The notes beneath the pieces were generated by a model that worked only from the letters and a program-made list of their open reading frames with translations, ran no database searches and was not told the DNA's origin. Positions 23,978 to 35,734 of a stretch of 38,423 nt of DNA are shown here, in pieces; position 1 is the first letter of the stretch; every line of letters begins with the position of its first letter. The translations under genes were made by a program, and so were the position numbers. The DNA is taken from the NCBI GenBank assembly GCA_051047955.1, contig JBPGPT010000045.1, forward strand, positions 62,001 to 100,423, read 5' to 3'. This DNA is from Cystobasidiomycetes sp. EMM_F5 (taxonomy: Eukaryota).

Positions 23978-25068
23978 ATGACCTCAGTCAGTACACCACA
24001 GTTCTGCCATCCTGCGGTGCAGCGGCTGACGTCCTTGACACAAAACAGCGTGTCGTAGACCTCGACGCCCTGGAAGTAGAGAACGCCAGGCTTGGCATTG
24101 AGCTAGACGAGTGCAAACGCCAGAAGCGCGCAGCTGAAGATCGCGTTCGAACATTCCAAACCATCTTTCGAACAACGTTATCGAGTGTCGAGTCGGCACG
24201 GCTGCTCGCACCAATTCCACATGCAGCCGCGAGCGGTGCTACTGCTGCTGCACCAGTCGATCCTCCCCGAATCCAAGAACACCAGGCTCCCATCCCGGCC
24301 GATCCTGCAGTTGTACCGGGCGGAGTTCAAGGAGGAGTAGGAGAGGTTCCCTCTGCCGACAAAGGTAAAGGTCGAGAAGCTGTCTCACAAGCCGAGAGCC
24401 AAAATCCAGGGTCAGCGACCTCGCCGCTCTCGCCTGTAGAAGACGCTGTCGACTGGAACGCAATGCTCCTGGACGCTGACCAAGCAAGTGAGAACGCAGA
24501 CGGCCCATCTGCCCAGTTGGCCTCTTCACCTGCATCTGATGGACAGACGTTCGCCCCGAAATTCCGGTCGACAGCTGCTGCGAACCAGTCCTCTTCTCTC
24601 GCGGATTGGGGGACCCCTAAGGCTCTGTCCTCTCCGAGGGAAGGCTATGTCTGCGATTTCGAGTTATGTGGGGCATCGGCACACACGAAGGGATATTGTG
24701 CCATTTTCTTTGGCTTTGCTACAAGCTCCAATCTCCCCGGCCCCTATAACTTCTTCAATGCCATTTACGCCAGGAAGATGGACCTCAAGCAGGCGGTAGA
24801 CCATGCAAAAGCCGTTCCCCTTCGTGGTAGGGATGACAAGATCCTAAAGTGGAATGGCGAATTGGTCGGCAATTTCGAATTCGGTCGATTTGACTATGTC
24901 CATGGATCTCGAGCCGGTGTTCCTGCAGATTGGGTATTTAAGGACACAGAAACGGCGGCAGCACTTGGAGACTTCCGTGCTGCTACTTTTAAGACCCACA
25001 AGCGTGGAACAAGCGGTGATAGTACCGCGTCTTCGAGCGGCACTAGCAAGCGAGGCCGTCGAAGGTGA
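23978..25068 (+). CDS. Hypothetical nuclear protein: coiled coil, disordered linker, CCHC zinc-knuckle-like motif, basic C-terminus
   Basis: ATG at 23978, with intron 23987-24048 joining the 400-aa ORF. LEVENARLGIELDECKRQKRAAEDRV coiled coil, CDFELCGASAHTKGYC motif and a KRGRRR end. Confidence 0.7.
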
Positions 25069-25746
25069 AGTAAGAGGCGCCGTATTGGCCAGCAAACAAG
25101 AAGAGTTGGGTAGTGATAGTGTTCAAAATGTCGTAAGTTACTCAGTTCATTGATGCTCTCCTCTGCCGTTGTCAGTTTCAAATGAGAAATGTCACGCCGC
25201 CGGTTGGAGCAAAGCGGCGGGCAGAACACCGAAATGCAATGTAGTGGGTATATTAAAGATGTTTGTGGTGTACTGGAAGCTCTTGGACAGCTGCAATGAA
25301 TGTGTTTCTGCATTATTAGCGACAAGCAGAGGTGCCTGGATGCCCAAAAACGCAGCACCCGCAGGTGCCGGCGGTTTTGCGTGATAGTTACATATGTCAG
25401 TTTGTTATGTCTGCTCATGCTGGTGCTCATGACAGATTTATGCGGTGTCGACAGCTTCGGGCACAATCAACGTAAGGAACTGTACAGCTCAGGTCAGGCA
25501 CAGCGCAAAGGCGTACCGACGTCTTGCCTATACTCCTCAATCAGACAAGATAACCCTGGCGTCCAGCAGGCACCATTCAAAGACTACACGCTGCGCATCG
25601 ATTCCGTGTCAGCAAGATTACGACGCTAGCGTGAAGACCGCTTTGGACACATCAAACATAGTGAGTATGACTGGTGTGAATCCAGTGTGGATTAGCAGCT
25701 ATAGCTGATGATTCCTGCACACACATGCAGTACACTCATTCCTAGC

Positions 25747-26651
25747 ATGGCCAACGTACCGCCGCTTGTGGATGCGACAGAGCAGACGAGCTTCTCGGAG
25801 GAATTATGCCAATGGCTGGACGAAACGCAGAAGTGGGTGGATGGCGCAGGAGAGCAAGGACAGCAAGGACATGCGATAATGATATACAACCGCCTGATCT
25901 GCTTCGCCGACCTTGAAGCTCAGACGAGCACCATCAACCGAATCCTTGCATCCTACAAGGGAGAGGACGAGCAGGAACTTGTCGATACCCTCATCGAAGA
26001 TTCGAGATATTGGGTCACGGCCAAATCCTTCAAGACTGCCTTCCGGGCTAGCAGGATTTGCTACGCTCTAGTCTCCACTCAATCCAATCGCGTGTTTGAA
26101 AACACCCAAACTTGCAAGGATCTCCAAACAGCAATCTCTGCTTGCCAAGCTTCCGACACGCGGGGAAAGAAGCAAGCTGAGAAAAGGCTGGCCTTTGCGC
26201 GCGTGCAGCACAGCAAGTCGCAGGCCAATTGGCATGTGTTCGCCATGAGGTTCGCCCCAGTTGTGGATAGAAAGCGACAAGTGCGTCATATTCTCAGCCG
26301 CTGTGATAAGGCCGCGCAGCTGACCACACAAGAGAGCAGATCTTGATTTTCGACAGCAGATACAGACCCGATGCCTATCCCGAGGAAGATCAGCTGCATC
26401 GCATTACCTCTGTCGATTGGGGCAACACCGTCGTTAAGCTATTGCGGTGCATGCGGGCCAACCCAGACCGTCTTGGGGACGTAGAAATTTGGATAGGAGG
26501 TCGGGAAATCAAGCTCGCGGGTCAGAAGGAGGCGAATTGCCAGACGTCAGCTCAGGAATGGGTGCGGCAAAGAATCCAGGCGGATCTTGGACTTGTCGCG
26601 CTTGGAGACATCAAAGGCGACCCGGTGAATGGTACGCAGCTTAGAATGTAG
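25747..26651 (+). CDS. Hypothetical protein, possible Ulp1/C48-like (clan CE) cysteine protease
   Basis: Intron 26281-26339 (GTGCGT...GCTGAC...CAG) fuses two ORFs into NWHVFAMRF...RQILIFDSRY...GQKEANCQ, giving the order His, Asp, Gln, Cys. The ends are uncertain. Confidence 0.5.
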
Positions 26652-27768
26652 TGTAGAGATTGGTACGTCACGCCGACATCTTCCACGTTCTAGTAAAGAG
26701 ATTTGATGTCCGCAATAGTATCCTTTGCAGTATTCCCTCGTATCAATGAATTCGTCCACAGATCACAGAGTGCGAGTATCTTTGCATCGATCGCTGACGA
26801 GACTCACAATCCGGCCTGTAAATTGTCGAAATTGTCTCGTAATCTTCCACGGATATCCACCTTATACTGACGCACGCTGAAAGAGAAACGCAAGCGTCAT
26901 GGTTCAGATTCTGGCTGATTGCCGTACACTCTCAAGAAGGCAATACCGCGTGGACGGGCTGAATTAGGCTGCAGGATGCCCCCCGCAATGATCGAGACGG
27001 GAACTGTACTGAGTGCGTTCTTTTCGTTGTCAGCATAAGCTCAGCGTGTTCTTCCCAAGCGACAACCATTATTACACGCGAAGACTGATTGCTTACACTC
27101 TACTGATGTCTATTAATCGAATGCCAGAAGCATCCGAACGAGGCCGAATATTGATCAGCTTGCTAACTAGGTCAAAGACGTCAGGCTTTATCATATACCT
27201 CTGATCTCTGCTTGCTCGGTCACCCATGCTGCGGTATGCACCGTCGATATGCACCCAGCACCACTGTGAGCGCCCACAATTTCTCTTGATGACCCGGCAT
27301 AAGCGGGGCACCTGCAAAATCAGCTCATTAGGGTGCCGAGCGCTGGAGGAGCCTTTTCCATGGACAACTCGCTTATGTTTAACTAGCGTAAAGCAGGTAT
27401 AACATCAATGCGGTGTCCGTTGGTCGAGATGTTACAGCCACTTCAACGCATAGTGAAAACTATATAGTTGGTGCCTGAGGTTTTCCCGCCGGCTTGAGAG
27501 GTGTCCTAGCTGACGCATGTCGTTTTGTCTGAGGGATGCGCAATCATCATGGTAGATTTTATCGTAATTCGTGGGTGCGGGATCTCAGCCGACCAAGAAA
27601 GCATTGATGTAAGCTGATCAGCCAAGATCTCGGACTCGAAACGTTAATGCAAGTAAAGGCCAGCCATTTTTCCGCAACTATGGTCGTGTACCATACACAC
27701 GACGGGAGTAGCATGGCATTGATGGTCACGCAGCATTGTTTACAACGAATTTGGCCCCCCGATGCCAT

Positions 27769-28411
27769 CTATGGCTGATATACAAACTTCTTTGTGCCCC
27801 TCTTGTTGCCCTCCCTCTTGACCTCCACGTTCTTTCCTTTACTACCACCATCCTCCTCTTTGGCACCTGCCTTGGCCCTCAACTGCTGATCTACATCCCT
27901 TACCGCGCTGCTGGAAGGCTCAGGCGAGCACGGATAGCCCTCGGCTTCGTCGTAGTCGATGCCGTACTGACGGTCATAGAGCGCTGTTTCGTCTCCTTCC
28001 CACTCCCGCCACTCCTTGAGGCCGATTTCCCACTGTTCTTCCTCCCTGGCGACCTCCAGTTCGTCGGAGTCCGCCTCGCGAGGAGGAACAGAGCGCATGC
28101 GCTCGAAGGTCGCCTGCAATCATATGAAATGTAGCTCTTCAGATGATGATAACGCAAACAACGACTCATGCACATACCCGGTCGATAGCTCTCAACGAAG
28201 CGCCTGCTTCCTTGAGGCATCGAATGCCATCGGCTATCTTGCCAGCCGCTGCCGTGCATAGTCTGGCGGTGGCTGCATCGTGTGCACTCATGGAGGTTAT
28301 GTATAGGCTGTTGGTTGCCTCCAGCGCTTGAATGGATGATTTGGTCGCGTTGTTCAACGACGCGCCGGTCTCTAGTACTGGACAAGGCTCGGTAGATTTC
28401 CTGTTGCTCAT
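27769..28411 (-). CDS. Small hypothetical protein with acidic middle and basic C-terminus
   Basis: ORFs 28166-28411 and 27769-28119 are joined in frame by a GTATGT...GCAG intron (AIDR|ATFERM). The start may lie further upstream. Confidence 0.5.
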
Positions 28412-28795
28412 CGTCGACCTGTGCGTGATGTACTTGTTGACTCGACTGGATTGTTGGCTGCAAGGTCGAACTCGTCGTCAGCGTCATAGATGCCTCAATG
28501 GATGCAGTGTGACCTACAGAATGCCTTCTGCAGTATCTCTCCGTGTCCACTACTGGTGAGTAAAAACTTTCAGAGCGTCCAATGGTCGTTTGGACGTCGA
28601 ATCGACTGGTTCAGAAATTGGCAAGTTGGAAACCTCGTCACGATGTGGCAAGGCTGTCATGTCCCCCTCATACATATGAAGCACGCATGAGACAGCCGCA
28701 CTAACGGCATATCGCTACAACGAGATGCCAACTGGCCTTAGTGGACGTACATCAACAACTTCTCTGCATGGATACGAAACTAGCATTTAGTGCCC

Positions 28796-31700
28796 ATGAA
28801 TGACGGGACTACAGCTTTAAATTCAGCTCAAGTGCATCAAATCAGTCAAGCCTTTCCCCCTTCGCAGGCTAGCCAAGCGCAACAGCAGATTATCAGCATA
28901 TCTGATTCTTCAGATGATGAAGACGGCAGGGGCAACACGGCTTCCAATCGGATAGCACAAAATTTGGTTAGTGGAGCTCGGCCTGCATCTTCCGGAGTAG
29001 CGACTCCGCCTATCCATCTTCGCCAAGGGCAGATACATCGGCTCGAAGCGTCCTTGGTCACTAAGGCTCGAAAGGCTATCGCACATAGTCGCAAGCCACC
29101 GTCTGACAACACGGAGTCCACGACCAAAGTCGCCAGATTGTCTTCGGACTAACCGACGCCGTCGGCTGACATACTTATATCATGCAGAGATCCGAAATGC
29201 CCAGTCAAGATCAGTGTTTCTTATCAGTACGTAGGTTCTGGAAGTGCAGAATCGGCTAACGCTCCAGGAGGAGAAGGCCGGAAGATGACAAGCATAATGC
29301 TAGATCATCTGGAGTTTTGTGATCCTAGAAGGGCGGAGCGAGCTTCGGAAGCACATCATGCTGCTTCTTATGATTATTCACAACTTTCGGCCACGAATGC
29401 CGTCTCTGAACCGAGTCGAAATCTTCCGCCGATGCGCATAAGCAACACGGAGAGTAGTATGCCTATACCGCCTGTGCCGAACACACGTCTAGATGCAGAC
29501 GATGCCATGGACACAGATGATCCACCTTTCGGCCTCCGTATGCCCGGACCAAAACGACGTCGTCTTCTAGACGAGAGCGACTCAAAATCTCGCGATAAGG
29601 GGAAAGAACGGGCCGTCTCCCCACAAGAGGAGACGTCTCACTCTAATACCGCTGTGCCTTCTCGCAAAGGCAAAGAGCGAGCTGCGACATTGTCACCGGC
29701 CGTTCGGCCCATCGCCAAGCGTGCCCAATATTTCACCGATGTAAGCTGCCTCTTATCAGAGGGTGGACAACGAGCATCGTCGTCGTCGTCGTCGTCGGAA
29801 CAATTGACAACAACGGCCGACCTTTCAAATGCGACAATGCCACTACAGTCGGAGTCTCTCGGCCAGCCTGTACTCGCGGCGGATCGTGTTGAACCTGCAG
29901 AGGCCGTGGGCCAGCGAGCACAGGCATTAGAGCCAGTGGTTAGGGTAGTAGACGTTGATACCTCACAACCAGGACCTGCCGTCTCACTCACTTCGAAACA
30001 GCATCAAACGAAGGTGGGCCTGTGCTTCTGCTTCGGTTTTGCTTTTCTGACGCCTCAGCAACACTTAGGATGCGCTTGTCGAGTATGCGGCTGAAGCCCT
30101 GCGTATGCAGTCTGCTGACCTTCGCGAGGAATACGAAGGACAGAACGAGCAAGAGACTCTGTTGCTCAAGTGCTCGTACTGCATTGCCGCGAAAGCCCTG
30201 GTTGATCGCGGTTGGGGCATTGGCGCTCATGTTATGGCAACGGGGGACGGTATCGGCCGGTAAGTCTCGCTGGCCGACCCGGCTGCGACTATGCTGAACC
30301 CTTCATACAGGTCAGTTTCGAGGACTCACAAAAAGCATCACAAAACATGCAAGCACCCTCAATTGCTAGGAGCAGATCCATACCATACCGACACTAGTGT
30401 GTCTGATCATGCGTCGGCTATACCCACGCGGAATTCAATGGAGCCTGTGTAGAGCCTTGGGACAGAAGCTACTGCGCCCGCTGACAATCCTATTTGGCGA
30501 ACACTCTCGCTGCACGGGAGTTCTACTCAGGACAGCACAACGAGTCAGGATGTGATTGAAGCGACCCCTGACCCGCCTGTCCAGTCGAATACATCCTATG
30601 GCACTGGAACGACATCGCCTGCCTCGACCAGCGCGGGTTCATCGAAACCGTCTCTTGGTGCGATGTCCTCGTCAGAACGTGATAGCCTCCCGCCAGTAAG
30701 CCGGCTCAGCAGACCGACGTACAACGCTAGTCCCACTCGCTCCCGCTCGCCCATAAAGCCGCTCGTACCCCTTGGAACTGGAGCATACGCTTGTGCGCCA
30801 TCCATCGGTGCCAGTTTCGAGACTCTTCCGAATTTTCTGGCAGCCATTGACGCGCACTCTAGCCAAGTAAATCTAGAAGCAATTCTTACTATGGGCAAGG
30901 GCGATGCTGACAAGTTCCGCGAATACTGCACAAGGCCGACTTGCACTTACTTCTTTACGTACGAACAAGATTCTGGCGGATTCGAGGTCACTGAGGTATG
31001 TGCGGTTCATGCACATAGACTAAGTATCTGAAAAGTATCCGACGCAATGAATTTGTTATAGGTCCAGCCAGAGCACTGCGTAGAGTGTATGCAAGCTGGT
31101 TCATCTGTAGGTATAGAAAATGTTACAAGCCTGCCCCGAATGCTAAAGATAAGACTACAGATCCATATCCGTACTCCGCCGATCTCAGCACCCAATACGC
31201 GGACGGGCGCATTCAGCTTGTCGACCAATGTGAGCAGGCATTCGCGCGTGAACAGCCCTCGATCGCAACAGGCTCCTACCACCCAGAACTCGACGGGCTC
31301 ATTAGCCCAGAATGTATTCCCACCAGTCCCAAGTGCTTCTGCTAGTCAACCAAACCAAGCGGATAGGACAAGTCGAACCGAGCAATCCCGACGAAGCACT
31401 CCACGCGTCTCCACGCTCTTTAATGCACCTCGTGTGGGAAGTGTCTTTGACGCTGCTGACGAGCTAGAAAGGGCCATCAAGGCCTACTCCATCGGCGTTC
31501 ATCCGTTGGGTCGCATAACGGCCTCGCATGATGCCACAGGATGGACCTGGAGTTGTAAAACCTCGGACTGTCGATTCTCCTTTCACGCTGCCTACCTGAG
31601 CGTCATCGAAGGCTCAGTCCGCGTTGATCTTGTGAGTCGCTCAGAGCTTTGAGAGATATTGCAACCAGATTCTGAGGGTCAACCAGACGCACCCACATCA

Positions 31701-32354
31701 CGATCGGCATCGTTTAGACAGAAAGCCGTCTGAGGACGCGCCCAAGGTCGGCAATCTCTTCGGCGATCTCGAAGCATTGCAGCAGAGAATGTTCGAACAT
31801 ACGGAAAGGGTCAACCCCGGCTCTTCAGCGGGCTTAAGAGACTTCAAAGCTGCTGTGACGCAGCACTCTGAATCAGTCAATTCCGGCAGCTCTCTCAACT
31901 GGAAGAAAACAGCTACTTACATACGATGCGAGTGCAAGAATTATCATGCTGGATGTCGGTACGAATTTCACGCTGCATACTACATTGACAAGGAGTTGGG
32001 CAATAAGAGACGGCTTTCCGTCACCGATGTAAGCTACCTTCTGCTGGGAATATCATACAGCTTACCGATTCCTCATTTGCTCGGCAGGCTGTTATATCTC
32101 ATAGCACCAAATGCGGACAGGAACTGATGATTTCCGGGAAAAAGAAGATGTCGTCACGTCCCGATGAACGTCGCCGGCTGCGCACACGGTCATCAGCAGC
32201 TGCTTTCGGCACATCAGCATCGGACGCAGATGCGAGCAGTGCGGATGTTGCACCCGAGGCAGCGCCACAACCGCCTCGCAAGAAGCACACACCGAATTCA
32301 GCATCGAAATCGAAAGTCACTGCGAAGGCTCTTGCATCAATATACTGTCATTGA
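28796..32354 (+). pseudogene. Large protein with five tandem MuDR/WRKY-GCM1(FAR1)-type zinc DNA-binding domains; in-frame stops at 29150-29152 and 30450-30452
   Basis: A repeated pattern, clearest in domains 3-5: AP(S/R/K)(I/V)GxxF..., C-x4-6-C, aromatic strand, terminal H-x3-C/H (HLEFC, HHKTC, HCVEC, HHDRH, HSTKC). Linkers are S/P-rich and the introns are consensus type. Confidence 0.6.
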
Positions 32355-33021
32355 ATTGACCGCCTCAATCACCATGTAGACACACTGAATACTCTTCACG
32401 GACTGACTGGTGCATCGTTGGCCCGTCAGGAAGGCGTCTGCGTTGGCGGCTACACTTGCACTGGAAGCAGACCAGCCAACCCACAGGCAATGGTTGTACA
32501 CTATGCGCACCTCTCATTCTGACCGTGTGCCATCCTCTTGCCCATCTGGTGTACATAGTGCGTCAAATGAAAGTCGGTACCTGGCAGTACTCGAAATCCC
32601 AAAACCTGCTCCTCAGGGTGCCGGTGGATCGACTCGCGAAGCCCATATGTGCGTTGCATAGTATTAGCTAGCGTAATGCAGTCATAAAATTCATGCAATT
32701 TGCAGGGATTCGATGCCTGCAGCGAAACCGCCTTCCCAGATAAACTATATAGTCGGTGCCTGGGGGCAGGGTAGCACCGGTTCACCTTGCAGCGAGGTGA
32801 CTTGTGGATGCGCTGACCACGACATGGTTGTAAATACGGTATGCTGGCCTGTTCGCCGATCAAACTGTCCTGCCGTCAACGAGTTCCAGAGCGGAGACGA
32901 GCAGGGCGAGCTCGGCGTAGTCGAGAATGCCGCACTGCCTTCCCTCTCTCGGTCTACAGATTCGGTAGCTAGCTGACATCACTCTATCTACCTCATCCGA
33001 ATGACATGTCTGTCGGCGAAT

Positions 33022-33131
33022 AGCATTCTGAGAATCAATCAGTCTAATACTGACAATCAATCAGTTAAATGCTGACAATCAATCAGTTGAATACTGACAA
33101 TCAGTCAGTTAAATGCTGACAATCAATCAGT
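33022..33131 (+). repeat. Tandem array of five 22-bp dyad units (consensus TAAATRCTGACAATCAATCAGT)
   Basis: Directly visible. Each unit contains (A/G)CTGA-N7-TCAGT, and units alternate TACTGA/TGCTGA, giving a 44-bp higher-order period. The first unit is degenerate. Confidence 0.92.
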
Positions 33132-33271
33132 GTCTCATGCTTAAGATTCTCCACGTTCAACGAATTCTTGATAATCAACCAACGGAGGACTGGCGCTCTG
33201 CCGTGTGTATTGTACGACAATGGATCAAAGGCGAGAATGTTAACAAGAGCGAATGCCACAACCATCGATCG

Positions 33272-35151
33272 TTACTCTAAGATCAGCCAATCCGCTAAAG
33301 CTCTTGTGCCTGCTTTCCACGTCACTTGTCCCCACGCAGTTGCATCCTCGCGATACAGGGCTATTGCGTCGACTTCTAAATGTTTCTTCTTGCAGTGTGC
33401 CATCCACTTATGACAGTCACTGAAGTTAGTTTTATCTGGACAATCTGCACATATGTAAATCCTCCGAGAACGTGCGAGGCAGTGGTTGACATCCAGCGTG
33501 GAGTTAGCCCTGCCGGCTGACGGAATGTAGCCACGGAGGTTTGCATTGGCTTCGATTATCCAGGGCCATTTAATCAGGGCCTCTGCGAGTGAAGGTTTCG
33601 TACGAGACTGAGTCTCCCCCTCTTGTTCACCGTTGCCGTTTATCCCAAGTGCAGGTTCGGCTATTGGCGGCGGGGCAGACTGTAGTCGAAGGGATGCCTG
33701 TGCTGACGAGGGAGTCTGGCCGACATCGACGAGCCTTGCATTTTCGGTAGAGGGTTGCAATGACACACGTAGCGTATCAATGAATACTGCCAACCGCGAC
33801 GCGAGGCTGGGGTCATGATCCGCATTCCGTCTGTATACGGTATCTAGGTCCTGTGCAATGCGGAGAGTAGGCGATATGGCAGAGGAGCCAGTCACGATAT
33901 CGCTGATTGCCAATTCTAGCAACGATTTGAAGAACGGAAAATCGCAGTCGATATCTTGCACCTCGGCGCGTCTCTGATGAGCCTGACAATCTGAAATCAC
34001 GAGTGCTGAGGCCTCGTGAACAAAGTTCCATGTTGTTACGATGGAATTTGCTTGCGTCGTCACTGCATGAAAACACCCAGCTGGGAGATGGAGCAGACTG
34101 CCTGTCTCCACTCGAATCTGTTCAGTAGCCCGGTTCAGCCGAAGTGAGGAAGCCTTAGGTAGCCCTACGACATACCCGTTTGACGTTTTTGAACGCAGAC
34201 TCAAATTGACTCGATGAACAGTCGCTCATGCTGCTTCTGCCCTCGAGTGCAAACGCGCGCGACAAGGCGACGTACGCCTCTGCGTTCTCTCGAGAGTATT
34301 CCGCGACATAAAAGACTTTGGAGCCCTTATTCATATACAGCAGCGCTGCCGACCCAGCCTGGTCGATGTGAAAGCCAGTGCATGAGTCGGCAGGCGTCAG
34401 GCCTACGATAGGCCCGAACTTGGCCTCCTTGATCTGGTCCTCGTCCAGTGCCGAGCGGGTCTCAAATCTATGAGCCCAAGACAGCTCCTCGAGAAAGCGT
34501 GGTAGTCTAATAGCTTTGTCGTATGCCGAGCCGCCTAGGTGCCAATTTAGAGATGCGACACTGTACCCGTTTCTCCAGCAGAGAAGAAATTTGTCAATGC
34601 TTAGTTCGAATTCTCTGAACTGTGCATTGCTGTAGTCTTCGCGCTTCACGTCAGCTAGTCCACCTGCGCGTCCAAATGATTTGCGGGGCAACTCACTGTA
34701 CGCCGGAATTGATTTGGCCATATGCGGCGACACGAGATCGTTCCTGCGAAAGTCGGCGAGATCTCTGATGTCGGGAATGTGGAAGCCGCATCCTTCCAAG
34801 TCTCCATCCACGACAAAGACATCCTGGCAGTGCTGGAGGTATTTTTCAGTGGTAAGAGTAGCGGAGTCTAGATGTAGGCAGTCGAAGGCGACGGGCACAG
34901 GATAAGTTATGCTGTCACGCTTGCGTGCCATGTGCGGTCTGTTGTCCCCACAAGGGCCCAAATGACGTTCCTCCTGTTGCGTCAAAGACACTGCCACGTT
35001 GTCCAGCCCTGATCAATTTCAAGACAGCACGTTGAATAGTTAGCCAGTCCGCCTCGTCCAGCGGCAAGCAGCATCTGTCAATAAGCAGTATCTGTTAGAC
35101 CTTGTGCATCTCACCTTCAGGAGTTCGCTTCCTCTTGTTTGTGGGCGGCAT
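33272..35151 (-). CDS. JmjC-domain 2OG/Fe(II) dioxygenase (putative histone demethylase) with C-terminal C2H2 zinc finger
   Basis: SCTGFHIDQAGS (HxD), KGSKVF (2OG-binding Lys), LPAGCFHAVTT (distal His) and WNF. C-terminal CADC-x14-H-x4-H. N-terminal MPPTNKRKR NLS. A GTATGT...CAG intron joins the two ORFs. Confidence 0.85.
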
Positions 35152-35734
35152 GGCAAGGTCAGGTTTGCTTGACGACAAGCCGTCTAGAGCTTTTGCTCCG
35201 TGTCAAATCATGCACGGCGAAATACAAAGGCATCTTGACACGTCTACGTAGCGTGAGCAACTAGTACTTCAGTGATTTTCAGTAAAGAAGCAAACGTTTA
35301 AACGCGTTAGTCGGCTCGCATTGCTGTAGCATTCCGATCACTTGCGGCTGTTTGCCATGAAAACCAACGACAAGGCTGGCAGACGACCTACTGCTGCAGT
35401 TATGATGAAGACAACGACTGATCTATGCATATACGACTGTATTATGTAGACTGCCAGAAGCTGCTGGCGAGCTGGGCTCAGCGTTGGTGCGTTCTCTATG
35501 ACAAGTTCGCAGCCAGACTTCTCCGTTGACTGGCTTTATTACTCCAGTACATAGCTTTCTCGACTGTAGAAGACTTGGCTTGATGGATTCCTTAATCCTC
35601 TGACGGATCTTTGCGCACTAGCAAGCGATGCAGCTCCGCGAAGGTCCGGAGACGATCCGTCTGTAGGATTCAGATATGCGGCCGTCGCTGCTTGCTACAT
35701 CATCATTATCCAGTCGGTTCTGTCGGCCCGGCCG

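Noticed and set aside
29150..30452. Stop-codon reassignment as the explanation for in-frame TAA/TAG
   Set aside because: Conserved genes in the window (UBA3, VPS33, MAP1) end normally at TAA/TAG.
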